Source: a virus | Reading direction: 5' to 3' (one strand) | Virus record (IMG/VR): IMGVR_UViG_3300029337_000249 | Length of the DNA stretch: 64,000 bases | In this document: positions 26,533 through 35,293 of the stretch, in pieces | How positions within the stretch are numbered: position 1 is the first letter of the stretch | Layout of the letters: every line of letters starts with the position of its first letter | The notes under the pieces: generated by a model | The model's input: the letters and a program-made list of their open reading frames with translations, nothing else | Database searches by the model: none | What the model was told of the DNA's origin: nothing | Translations under genes and position numbers: made by a program

Positions 26533-27929
26533 TGGGATTCTGGGAATGGATGGGGTTTGAGAATCCAAGGGATTCTCCCAAAACAGAACAGCCAAAAGAA
26601 GGTCTGCCGAAGGTCACGGATAACGTCCGCGATTCCGGGCAGACCTTTGTGTTTGGGCGTTCCAATGCCGGGGAGCAGGTGGATGAGAAAGCCGCCATGC
26701 AGATCCCGACTGTGTATGCCTGTGTTCGTCTGCTGGCAGAGTCCATTGCGGCACTGCCGCTGCATCTCTACCGGGTAACAGACGATAACGGCAATAAGGA
26801 AAAGGCACGGGATCATCCGCTGTATAAGATTCTGTATCGCCAGCCTAACCCGGAAATGACATCCTTTGTCTTCTGGGAAACTCTGATGACCCATCTGCTC
26901 CTCTGGGGCAACGCTTACGCACAGATCGTCCGGGATGGTAAGAACACGGTGCTGGGTCTGTATCCGCTTTTGCCGGAAAATGTCGAAGTGGACCGGGATG
27001 AGAGCGGTGAGCTCTACTATATCTACCACGCCTACACGGATGAAGTTCCGGGAGAGCAGAATAAAGACCTCTACTTCCGCCGGGACGAGATCTTCCATGT
27101 GCCGGGGCTTGGGTTTAATGGTCTGATCGGTTTCTCACCAATCGCCATGATGAAGAACAGCCTCGGCACTTCCATTGCCGTGGATAAATACGGCTCCTCT
27201 TTCTTCAAGAACGGCGCACAGCCCAGTGGCGTGCTGGAACATCCCGGCGTTGTGAAAGACCCGAACCGTATCCGGGATAGCTGGGAGGCGGCTTATGGCG
27301 GTGCAGCCAATGCCCATCGTGTGGCAGTGCTGGAAGAGGGCATGGCCTACAAACCGATCTCCCTGCCACCGGAGGACAGCCAGTTTTTGGAAACGAAGCA
27401 GTTTTCCGTGACGGAGATCTGCCGCATCTTCCGTGTGCCTCCGCATCTGGTAGCCGATCTGTCCAGAGCCACATTCTCCAACATTGAATACCAGTCGCTG
27501 AACTTCGTGATGCACTCCCTGACTCCCTGGCTTGTCCGCATCGAGCAGGGCATCATCAAGGATCTGCTGCTGGAGGAGGAGCAGGATACCTACTTTCCAA
27601 AATTCAATGTGGATGGTCTGCTCCGTGGTGATTACCAGAGCCGGATGAACGGTTATGCGACCGGCATCAGTAACGGCTTCCTTTCTCCGAATGATGTGCA
27701 TCGTCTGGAGAACATGGATCTCATCCCGGCAGAGGAGGGTGGTGACGATTACTATCTGAACGGCGGCTATGTGAAACTGAAAGATGCAGGTGTGGCACAG
27801 CAGAATAAAGCTGCCGCAGTCCAGCAGAATCAGCCGAAACAGACACAGCCCGATCCGGAAGAAGAACCTGACAGCGATAACCGGCTGAGTGAGAGTAAGC
27901 CACGGAAAAATGGAAGGAGAACCCGATGA
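26532..27929 (+). CDS. portal protein (HK97 family)
   Basis: Phage portal HK97-family conserved blocks (VYACVRLLAESIAALPL, GNAYAQIVRDG, FSPIAMMKN). Confidence 0.9.
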   Translation: MGFWEWMGFENPRDSPKTEQPKEGLPKVTDNVRDSGQTFVFGRSNAGEQVDEKAAMQIPTVYACVRLLAESIAALPLHLYRVTDDNGNKEKARDHPLYKILYRQPNPEMTSFVFWETLMTHLLLWGNAYAQIVRDGKNTVLGLYPLLPENVEVDRDESGELYYIYHAYTDEVPGEQNKDLYFRRDEIFHVPGLGFNGLIGFSPIAMMKNSLGTSIAVDKYGSSFFKNGAQPSGVLEHPGVVKDPNRIRDSWEAAYGGAANAHRVAVLEEGMAYKPISLPPEDSQFLETKQFSVTEICRIFRVPPHLVADLSRATFSNIEYQSLNFVMHSLTPWLVRIEQGIIKDLLLEEEQDTYFPKFNVDGLLRGDYQSRMNGYATGISNGFLSPNDVHRLENMDLIPAEEGGDDYYLNGGYVKLKDAGVAQQNKAAAVQQNQPKQTQPDPEEEPDSDNRLSESKPRKNGRRTR

Positions 27930-28825
27930 AGAAATTCTGGAACTGGATCAAAAACAGTGATGACACCAGAATCCTCCGGCTGGAAGGACCCATCGATGAG
28001 GAATCTTTCTGGGGCGATGAGATCACGCCGCAGATGTTCCGGGATGAGCTGGAATCCGGCGAGGGGGATGTGACCGTCTGGATCAACAGTCCGGGCGGAA
28101 ATGTGTTCGCCGCCGCCGAGATCTATACCATGCTTAAGGATTACAAGGGCAGCATCACGGTCAAGATCGATGCGATTGCAGCTTCGGCGGCATCTGTTGT
28201 CGCAATGGCCGGTGATACTGTCCAGATGAGTCCTGTCGCCATGCTGATGATCCATGACCCCAGCACCGTTGCGATGGGCAACACCAAGGACATGGAGAAG
28301 GCCATCGAGGTGCTGAACGAAGTCAAGGAGAGCATCATCAATGCTTACGCTGCAAAGAGCGGCCTGAGTCATGCCCGTATTGCCAACCTCATGAGCAATG
28401 AGACCTGGATGAATGCGAAGAAGGCGGTGGAGCTGGGCTTTGCAGACGAGATCCTCTTTGCAAAGAAAGAGGAAGAGCCGGACAGTGACCCGGCAGATCC
28501 GGAGAATCCGGAAGAAGACCCTGACAGTGAACCGGGCGAGGGCGAAGAAAAGAAGCCGTTCCAGAAGGATACGGCAGGGCACCTTTTCTCCAGCCGTCAG
28601 ATGGATCTAATCGTCCTGAACCGTCTGGGGGTGAAGCCGGAAGACGTAGGTCAGAAGCACACTGAGCCGAAGGAGCCGCCTGCTGACCCGAAACCGTCCG
28701 CAGAGCCGACACCTCCGGCCGAACCACCTGCCAATTCCGGCCCTGTCCTTGATCTGGACGGCAAGACCGAGGATGGCAGCATCCCCTACAATATCCTGAT
28801 GAAACAGCTTGAGTGCATGAAGTGA
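27926..28825 (+). CDS. ClpP-like prohead (head maturation) serine protease
   Basis: INSPGGNVFAAAEIY (catalytic Ser block), MAGDT...MIHDPS (His block); gene order portal-protease-capsid. Confidence 0.88.
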   Translation: MKKFWNWIKNSDDTRILRLEGPIDEESFWGDEITPQMFRDELESGEGDVTVWINSPGGNVFAAAEIYTMLKDYKGSITVKIDAIAASAASVVAMAGDTVQMSPVAMLMIHDPSTVAMGNTKDMEKAIEVLNEVKESIINAYAAKSGLSHARIANLMSNETWMNAKKAVELGFADEILFAKKEEEPDSDPADPENPEEDPDSEPGEGEEKKPFQKDTAGHLFSSRQMDLIVLNRLGVKPEDVGQKHTEPKEPPADPKPSAEPTPPAEPPANSGPVLDLDGKTEDGSIPYNILMKQLECMK

Positions 28826-28882
28826 TGTGCATTCAGGCTGTTTTTTATATCACCACAAATCAATCTATGGAGGACAAACACT

Positions 28883-30088
28883 ATGAGTAAGATTCTGGAA
28901 CTGCGCACCAAGCGCAACACTCTCTGGGAGCAGACCAAGGACTTTCTGGAGAAGAATCGCGGCGAGAACGGTCTGGTAAAGGCTGAGGCCGTGGAGCAGT
29001 ACAACAAGATGGCACAGGAGGTCAAGGACCTGGGTGCTGAGATTGAGCGTCTGGAGCAGCAGGCACAGATCGAGGCACAGCTGTCCGCACCGACTTCCAG
29101 CCCTGTCCACGCTGACCCGAAGAGCGGTGCCAAGAAGGATGTCAAGCCGACTGCCACTGCCGAGTATGCCGAGAACTTCTGGAACATGATCCGCAACCGC
29201 GGCCATTACGGCGAGATTCGCAATGCCCTGTCTGTGGGTGAGGACACCGAGGGCGGCTTTACCGTTCCCGATGAGTTTGAGAAGAAGCTGGTGGAGGCAC
29301 TGGAGGAGAACAACATCTTCCGTGGCATGGCGACCGTCATCCGCACCAGCTCCGGCACCCGCAAGATCCCTATCGCAGAGGATACTGGTGAAGCCAGCTG
29401 GATCGATGAGGGCGAGGAGATCCCGGAGAGCGATACCACTTTCGGTCAGACTATGCTGTCTGCCTACAAGCTGGGCACTATGATCAAGATCTCCAACGAG
29501 CTTCTGAACGACTCCGCTTTCGACCTTGCCACCTATATCGCCCGCCGTTTCGGTGTGCGTATGGGCAACGCAGAGGAGCACGCCTTTATCACCGGTGACG
29601 GTGTGGGCAAGCCTCTGGGTCTGCTGGCTGAGACCGGCGGTGCCAAGGTCGGCGTGACCGCTGGTAAGAAGGATGCCGTTACCTTCGATGAGATCTTCAA
29701 GCTCTACTATGCACTGAAGGCCCCGTACCGCAAGAAGGCACAGTTCCTCTGCAACGAAGCCCTGGTGCTGCAGCTGATGACCATCAAGGACAACAACGGC
29801 AACTATATCTGGAAGCCGGGTCTGGAGATCGGCAAGCCTGATACCCTGCTGAACCGTCCGCTGAAGACTTCTGCTTTCATGCCGGAGATCAAGGGTGGCA
29901 GCAAGGTCATGGCTTTTGGCGATTACAGCTACTACTGGGTGGCTGACCGCCAGAACCGCACCTTCCGCCGTCTGAACGAGCTGTATGCCCGTACTGATCA
30001 GGTCGGTTTCCTGACCACCCAGCGTGTGGACGGCAAGCTGATCCTGCCGGAAGCCGTACAGCTTCTGCAGATGGCACCGCAGGGCTAA
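28883..30088 (+). CDS. major capsid protein, HK97 family
   Basis: N-terminal scaffold-like coiled-coil delta domain then HK97 MCP blocks (GGFTVPDEF, MATVIRTSSG, NRTFRRLNE). Confidence 0.9.
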   Translation: MSKILELRTKRNTLWEQTKDFLEKNRGENGLVKAEAVEQYNKMAQEVKDLGAEIERLEQQAQIEAQLSAPTSSPVHADPKSGAKKDVKPTATAEYAENFWNMIRNRGHYGEIRNALSVGEDTEGGFTVPDEFEKKLVEALEENNIFRGMATVIRTSSGTRKIPIAEDTGEASWIDEGEEIPESDTTFGQTMLSAYKLGTMIKISNELLNDSAFDLATYIARRFGVRMGNAEEHAFITGDGVGKPLGLLAETGGAKVGVTAGKKDAVTFDEIFKLYYALKAPYRKKAQFLCNEALVLQLMTIKDNNGNYIWKPGLEIGKPDTLLNRPLKTSAFMPEIKGGSKVMAFGDYSYYWVADRQNRTFRRLNELYARTDQVGFLTTQRVDGKLILPEAVQLLQMAPQG

Positions 30089-30114
30089 GAAAGCCGGGAA
30101 AGGAGGAGCCGGTT

Positions 30115-30453
30115 ATGGCACTGATCCCGCTATACGAAGCGAAGACCTATCTCCGGGTAGACAGCAGCGATGAAGATGCCTTAATCGGCATCCTTTTATC
30201 TTCTGCGGAGCAGATGTGCAAGGATGTGAGCCGTTTATCGGAAGACCAGTGGGAGGCAGTCAATGCCGCTGATCGGGATGCCGAGAACGGAGTACAGCCC
30301 ACAAGGGAACTGGAAGCCCTGCGCAGTACCTGCCGTGTGGCGATTCTGTATGCACTGGGGTATCTCTATGAGCACCGGGACGAAGCCGACCATCACCAGC
30401 TGATGCTGACGCTTCGTTCCATTCTGTTTGCTGTGAGGGAGGGGGTGTTCTGA
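30115..30453 (+). CDS. head-tail connector protein (gp6-like)
   Basis: Size, position after MCP and N-terminal motif typical of Phage_connect_1. Confidence 0.7.
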   Translation: MALIPLYEAKTYLRVDSSDEDALIGILLSSAEQMCKDVSRLSEDQWEAVNAADRDAENGVQPTRELEALRSTCRVAILYALGYLYEHRDEADHHQLMLTLRSILFAVREGVF

Positions 30454-30809
30454 TGATCGAGAAGCTGAATGAGCGGATCACAATCGAGAAAAGTACGGTT
30501 GTGACCGATAAGGTCGGAAACCATCGGAACACATGGGAGGAATATTTCACCTGCTTTGCCTACGCTTCGACCTATCAGGCGCAGGAAGAAGAGGGTGAGG
30601 TCATAGCCCAGCAGAAGAGTGTGGTGTTCACGGTCCGCTGGTGCAGTGAGACGAGAGGCCTGACTTCCACTGGCTACCGCATCCGTTTCCGGGAGCAGCT
30701 CTACAATATCGAATCCATTGACCCGATGAATTTCCAGAAGAAAACGCTGAAGATTCATTGCCGTTTGGAAAGGAGGCAACCGGATGAACAGAACCGTCAG
30801 CATCGATGA
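30453..30809 (+). CDS. head closure / head-tail adaptor protein (SPP1 gp16-like)
   Basis: Position and size; ATGA overlap. Confidence 0.7.
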   Translation: MIEKLNERITIEKSTVVTDKVGNHRNTWEEYFTCFAYASTYQAQEEEGEVIAQQKSVVFTVRWCSETRGLTSTGYRIRFREQLYNIESIDPMNFQKKTLKIHCRLERRQPDEQNRQHR

Positions 30810-31161
30810 AATGGCAGATGCCATCAATGAGGGCTTGAAAGAGTATGCGACCCTTGCCTCCACCGAGGTCAAGAAAGCTGTCCGCAAATCTGCCAAGACC
30901 GTCAAGGAGCAGATTCAGTCCGGCGCACCGTCCAGAACCGGGCGGTACAAGGAAAGCTGGGTAGCGACCAAACAGTCGGAATCCAGCCAGAGCCTTCAGA
31001 TGGTGGTGCATTCCAAGAACCGCTACCAGCTGGCACATCTGCTGGAAAAGGGTCATGCCAAGCGCGGCGGCGGTCGTGTGGCAGGAAGACCCCATATTGC
31101 TCCGGCAGAACAGGCCGGTATCGAGCAGCTCCAGTCCCTTATCGGAAAGGCACTGAAGTGA
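30784..31161 (+). CDS. HK97 gp10-family neck/tail-component protein
   Basis: GGAAAGGAGG RBS; conserved position. Confidence 0.65.
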   Translation: MNRTVSIDEMADAINEGLKEYATLASTEVKKAVRKSAKTVKEQIQSGAPSRTGRYKESWVATKQSESSQSLQMVVHSKNRYQLAHLLEKGHAKRGGGRVAGRPHIAPAEQAGIEQLQSLIGKALK

Positions 31162-31171
31162 GGAGAAACCA

Positions 31172-31489
31172 ATGACCCACGAAGAAGTAAAAGCTCTGGT
31201 GGAGGAAATGGGGCTTCCTTATGCGTATGACCATTTCGCAGAAGGGGAGAGTCCTGATCCACCGTTTATCTGCTTCCTGTATCCGAAAGCCGAGAATTTC
31301 GGCGCAGATAACCTTGTGTACCACCATTTCAACCGGCTGGACATCGAGGTGTACACCGATTACAAAGACCCGGATATGGAAGCAACTATTGAAGAAGTCC
31401 TGACCGCACACGAACTCTACTATGAGAAAAGCGAGGTCTGGATCGAAACCGAAAAAATGTATGAAGTCCTGTATGAGCTGACCGTGTGA
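31172..31489 (+). CDS. putative tail terminator / tail completion protein
   Basis: Position immediately upstream of major tail protein; no strong motif. Confidence 0.45.
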   Translation: MTHEEVKALVEEMGLPYAYDHFAEGESPDPPFICFLYPKAENFGADNLVYHHFNRLDIEVYTDYKDPDMEATIEEVLTAHELYYEKSEVWIETEKMYEVLYELTV

Positions 31490-31523
31490 TGCTCATGCGG
31501 GATATTTTTATGGGAGGAACACT

Positions 31524-32138
31524 ATGTCGAAGAAAAGCAATAAGGTCAAATTTGGCCTGAAAAACTGCCATTATGCAAAGGCAACCTTTGACGAAGATGG
31601 CAGTGTCACCTATACAAAGCCGGTCCGCATCCCCGGTGCAGTCAGCCTGTCGATGGATGCCAACGGCGAGATCGAGCCGTTCTATGCGGACAATATCGCC
31701 TACTATGTCGTGAATAACAACTCCGGCTATGAGGGCGATCTGGAGATCGCGCTGATTCCGGAGAGCTTCCTCACGGACATCATGCACGAGGAGCTGGATG
31801 GCAACGGCGTGCTTGCTGAGAACGCCAACGTGGAACTGGAGCATTTCGCATTCCTGTTTGAGTTCGATGGCGACCAGCGCCACATCCGTCATGTGCTGTA
31901 CAACTGTGTGGCAAGCCGTCCGTCCATCGAGGGTGAGACCAACGAGGACAGCAAGGAAGTCAAGACGGACACCCTGAACCTGCAGGCAACCCCTCTGGCA
32001 AACGGTTATGTCAAGGCCAAGACCGGTACCAACACCACCGATGATGTCTATAACAAGTGGTACGATGCGGTCTATGAGCCGCAGGCAGAAGCTGTGGACA
32101 CCGAAGATACCAGTCACACCGAGGAGCCGCAGGGCTAA
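31524..32138 (+). CDS. major tail protein (phi13/TP901-like)
   Basis: N-terminal KVKFGLKNCHYAKA pattern and size typical of siphovirus major tail proteins; followed by stem-loop. Confidence 0.8.
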   Translation: MSKKSNKVKFGLKNCHYAKATFDEDGSVTYTKPVRIPGAVSLSMDANGEIEPFYADNIAYYVVNNNSGYEGDLEIALIPESFLTDIMHEELDGNGVLAENANVELEHFAFLFEFDGDQRHIRHVLYNCVASRPSIEGETNEDSKEVKTDTLNLQATPLANGYVKAKTGTNTTDDVYNKWYDAVYEPQAEAVDTEDTSHTEEPQG

Positions 32139-32154
32139 GTGACCGGCACACACC

Positions 32155-32172
32155 GCAGGGCTTTGGCTCTGC
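32155..32172 (+). other. stem-loop GCAGGGC-uuug-GCUCUGC after major tail gene; paralog at 33041-33060 (GGCAGGGC-uucg-GCUCUGCC)
   Basis: Duplicated ~55-bp hairpin+RBS intergenic sequence flanks the SPFH gene on both sides. Confidence 0.5.
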
Positions 32173-32200
32173 TTACATTATTATAAAGAGGTATACGATT

Positions 32201-33028
32201 ATGAAGAAGATTTTTCCTTTGTTCGCAGTGATCATCGTTCTGGTGCTGGCTATCTGTTCGTTCCACATCATTCCCACCGGCTACACCGGCGTGAAGACCA
32301 GCTTTGGTCAGATCCAGGAGACCACCATCCAGAGCGGCAAGCTCAACTTCTGCATTCCTTTTGTGCAGAGCATCCATAAGGTCAACAACAAGCAGCAGGA
32401 TAAGCATATCGAGGCGCAGGTCTGGGGCGAAGCCTCCGACAAGACTCCTGTGTATGCCGCTGATGTCATCGTGACCTATCAGGTGCTTCCTGAAAAGAGC
32501 GCATGGCTGTATGCGAATGTGTCCGACATCAAGAATCTGGTCGGTGATGAGTTGGTGGCATCGGCAATCAAGTCTGCGATGGCAGAACTTGGTCCCAATG
32601 AGGTAACCAACCGTACCAAGATCGAGCCTCTGGCACAGCAGAAGCTGGCAGAGTCCCTTGTGCAGAAATATGGTGAGGACGTTGTGTTCGTAAACAAGGT
32701 CGTCGTCAACGACATGAATTTCGAGGATGCCTATAACGAAGCCATCCAGCAGAAGTCCATTGCACAGCAGAATGCAGATAAGCAGAAGATCGAGAATGAA
32801 GCCGCCATTGCCAAGGCAGAAGCGGATAAGCAGGTGGCGATCACCAATGCAGAGGCGGAAGCCCAGAAAACTTCCATTGCCGCAGATGCACAGGCAGAGG
32901 CAAACCGCAAACTGGCAGAAAGCCTGTCCGATACGCTGATCGATTACCAGAAGGTTCAGAAGTGGGATGGAAAGCTGCCCACTGTGAGCGGCGGTAATGC
33001 ACTGGTCAGCATTGACCCGGCAGAGTAA
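32201..33028 (+). CDS. SPFH/band-7 (prohibitin/HflC-like) membrane protein, moron inside tail module
   Basis: N-terminal TM segment (IFPLFAVIIVLVLAICSF) then SPFH domain (GYTGVKTSFGQIQ...VVVNDMNFEDAY) and C-terminal AEA/Q coiled coil. Confidence 0.85.
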   Translation: MKKIFPLFAVIIVLVLAICSFHIIPTGYTGVKTSFGQIQETTIQSGKLNFCIPFVQSIHKVNNKQQDKHIEAQVWGEASDKTPVYAADVIVTYQVLPEKSAWLYANVSDIKNLVGDELVASAIKSAMAELGPNEVTNRTKIEPLAQQKLAESLVQKYGEDVVFVNKVVVNDMNFEDAYNEAIQQKSIAQQNADKQKIENEAAIAKAEADKQVAITNAEAEAQKTSIAADAQAEANRKLAESLSDTLIDYQKVQKWDGKLPTVSGGNALVSIDPAE

Positions 33029-33094
33029 GAAACACGATATACGGCAGGGCTTCGGCTCTGCCAATTTTACATGAAATTTTGGAGGATTACGATT

Positions 33095-33475
33095 ATGGCA
33101 GTTACAAAGAAAATTGAGATCGATGGCAAGGAAGTCACCTTTAAGGCAAGTGCCGCCGTGCCGCGTCTGTACCGCATCAAGTTCGGCCGTGACATTTACA
33201 AAGACCTGCGCCAGCTGGAAAAGAGCGTGGGAGAGAACGATGAGGACAATTCCAACCTCGACCTGTTCAGTCTGGAAATGTTCGAGGACCTGGCATGGCT
33301 GATGGCCCGTCATGCAGACCCGGCAAAGGTGCCGGACAGCCCGGAGGAGTTCCTGGACCAGTTCAACACCTTCTCCATTTATCAGATCCTGCCCCAGCTG
33401 ATCGAACTGTGGGGTCTGAATGTGCAGACCGAGGTGGAATCCAGAAAAAACCTCGCAAAAGTGAGCGGGAAATGA
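33095..33475 (+). CDS. tail assembly chaperone (G-like), 0-frame product
   Basis: Position before tape measure; slippery A_AAA_AAC at 33445-33451 near 3' end. Confidence 0.75.
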   Translation: MAVTKKIEIDGKEVTFKASAAVPRLYRIKFGRDIYKDLRQLEKSVGENDEDNSNLDLFSLEMFEDLAWLMARHADPAKVPDSPEEFLDQFNTFSIYQILPQLIELWGLNVQTEVESRKNLAKVSGK

Positions 33476-33636
33476 CCACCCCGCTCTTTCTGCTGCGCTG
33501 TGTACAGCTCGGTATCAGCATCGCCGACCTCGACCTGCTGACCATCGGGTTGGTCAATGATATGTTCACGGAACGACAGAACGACGACTATCCGTACAAA
33601 GAGCTGGCCTCGCAAGCTGATTTTGACAAATTTTGA
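33095..33636 (+). CDS. tail assembly chaperone -1 frameshift extension product (GT-like)
   Basis: -1 shift at A_AAA_AAC continues ...KKPRKSEREMTTPLFLLRCVQLGISIADLDLLTIGLVNDMF... to stop 33634-33636. Confidence 0.6.
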
Positions 33637-33700
33637 CAGAATAAAACTCGACGAGCGTGCATATATTAAATGTGAAATAAGCACGCTCGTTTGATTTTAC

Positions 33701-33729
33701 TTGACTACCGTGCTTATTTCGATTACAAT
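33701..33729 (+). promoter_or_regulatory. abiE promoter (-35 TTGACT, 17 nt, -10 TACAAT) embedded in operator repeats (IR ACGAGCGTGC 33651-60 / GCACGCTCGT 33681-90; three AAATAAGCACG half-sites)
   Basis: Consensus-like promoter immediately upstream of AbiEi gene with inverted repeats as expected for autoregulating AbiEi. Confidence 0.55.
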
Positions 33730-33754
33730 ATAAGCACGGAAGGATGGTGATTCT

Positions 33755-34339
33755 ATGAATGAGATGACAAGATTAGTTCAAAATCATGATTACCTTACGC
33801 CGAGAATCGCGGGAAAATCTGGAATTTCAAAATTTAAATTTTACAAATATGTTCGAGAAAACGGATTGGAGCCGGTCAGCCGTGGTGTGTATTCTACGGG
33901 ATCGGATTGGGTCGATGAGTTATATGTGCTTCATAAGAGATGCCCGAATGCTGTTTTTTCACATGATGAGGCCTTTTATTATCATGGTCTGACAGACAGA
34001 GAACCGTTTGTCCACACACTTACCATATACAGCGGTTACAATGCGCATCGACTTATAGCGGATGGAAGTTGTAAAGTATATACGGTAAAACGGGAATTAC
34101 TGGATGTCGGAAAGATCATTGTGAAAGACAACGATGGGAACATGATTCCAATGTATGACTTGGAACGAACGATTTGTGATCTGATGAGAAGCCGGAGCAG
34201 TATTGAAGCACAGGATTTCAATTCCGTTCTGAAGACATATGTTTCCAGAAGAAACAAGGACCTAAATCGACTCATGGAATATGCAAAGCTGTTTCGGGTT
34301 GATAATGTGATCCGCAGATATATGGGGGTATTATTGTAA
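33755..34339 (+). CDS. abiEi: AbiEi antitoxin (type IV TA / abortive infection), transcriptional autorepressor
   Basis: AbiEi_4-type N-terminal wHTH and C-terminal domain; low-GC island; followed by AbiEii gene 2 nt downstream. Confidence 0.8.
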   Translation: MNEMTRLVQNHDYLTPRIAGKSGISKFKFYKYVRENGLEPVSRGVYSTGSDWVDELYVLHKRCPNAVFSHDEAFYYHGLTDREPFVHTLTIYSGYNAHRLIADGSCKVYTVKRELLDVGKIIVKDNDGNMIPMYDLERTICDLMRSRSSIEAQDFNSVLKTYVSRRNKDLNRLMEYAKLFRVDNVIRRYMGVLL

Positions 34340-34340
34340 A

Positions 34341-35180
34341 ATGCAGCTGACACCAGAACAGGTTAAGGGAAGAATTAAGAATGTGGCAAAGGAAAACAAG
34401 GCAGATGCCAGAACGCTCATGCGGATCTATATGATGGAGCGTTTCCTTGAGAGAGTTGCCAGTTCGCAGTACAAAGATAATTTTATCATTAAAGGCGGAA
34501 TGCTGGTGACAGCGATGGTTGGCGTAGCATTGCGGTCCACGATGGATATCGATACGAGCATTAAAAATCAGAATCTGTCGGCAGAAGATGCAAAACGGAT
34601 TGTGGATGAAGTCAAGGATATCAATCTTGGGGATGGAGTGACCTTTGAGGTTAAGGAAGTTTCCAATATCATGGATGAGATGGAGTATCCGGGTATTCGA
34701 TTTACCATGAATGCTGTGATGGGAAAACTCGTTACACCGATGAAGATTGATATATCTACAGGAGATGTTATCACGCCAAGAGCAATCGAGTACAACTATA
34801 AATTGCTCATGGATGACCGTTCCATCAGCCTTTGGTCGTATAATTTGGAAACAATTCTGGCAGAAAAACTTCAGACGGTCCTTGCAAGAGGTCTTTTGAA
34901 TACCCGAATGAGAGACTTCTATGACATCAAGACCCTGCTTTCTATTTACGAGCAGGACATCGATGCTGATGTGCTGAAAAAGGCATTTGAGGCAACCTGT
35001 AAGAAAAGAAGCACCGAAAATCTGAAAGAGGAAGCACCTAAAATTATGGCTGCCGTCAGTGATGACGCACAGTTACATACACTTTGGAAGTCCTACCAGA
35101 AGAAATATCCGTATGCGGCTGATATCAGCTATGAGGATATTATGGAGAGCACAATGCTCTTATGGAGTAAAATTCAATAA
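34341..35180 (+). CDS. abiEii: AbiEii toxin (nucleotidyltransferase, DUF1814 family)
   Basis: Pol-beta-like NTase signature GGMLVTAMVGVALRSTMDIDT and C-terminal AbiEii/AbiGii family blocks. Confidence 0.85.
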   Translation: MQLTPEQVKGRIKNVAKENKADARTLMRIYMMERFLERVASSQYKDNFIIKGGMLVTAMVGVALRSTMDIDTSIKNQNLSAEDAKRIVDEVKDINLGDGVTFEVKEVSNIMDEMEYPGIRFTMNAVMGKLVTPMKIDISTGDVITPRAIEYNYKLLMDDRSISLWSYNLETILAEKLQTVLARGLLNTRMRDFYDIKTLLSIYEQDIDADVLKKAFEATCKKRSTENLKEEAPKIMAAVSDDAQLHTLWKSYQKKYPYAADISYEDIMESTMLLWSKIQ

Positions 35181-35293
35181 TCGGTAGCAACCCCGTTGGA
35201 GAAATCTGACGGGGTATTTTTATACCCATTTTTTAGCCTGTCTGCCCTGTGCAGATGGGCTTTTCTTATGCCTGCGAGGAGGTGGTTACACAA

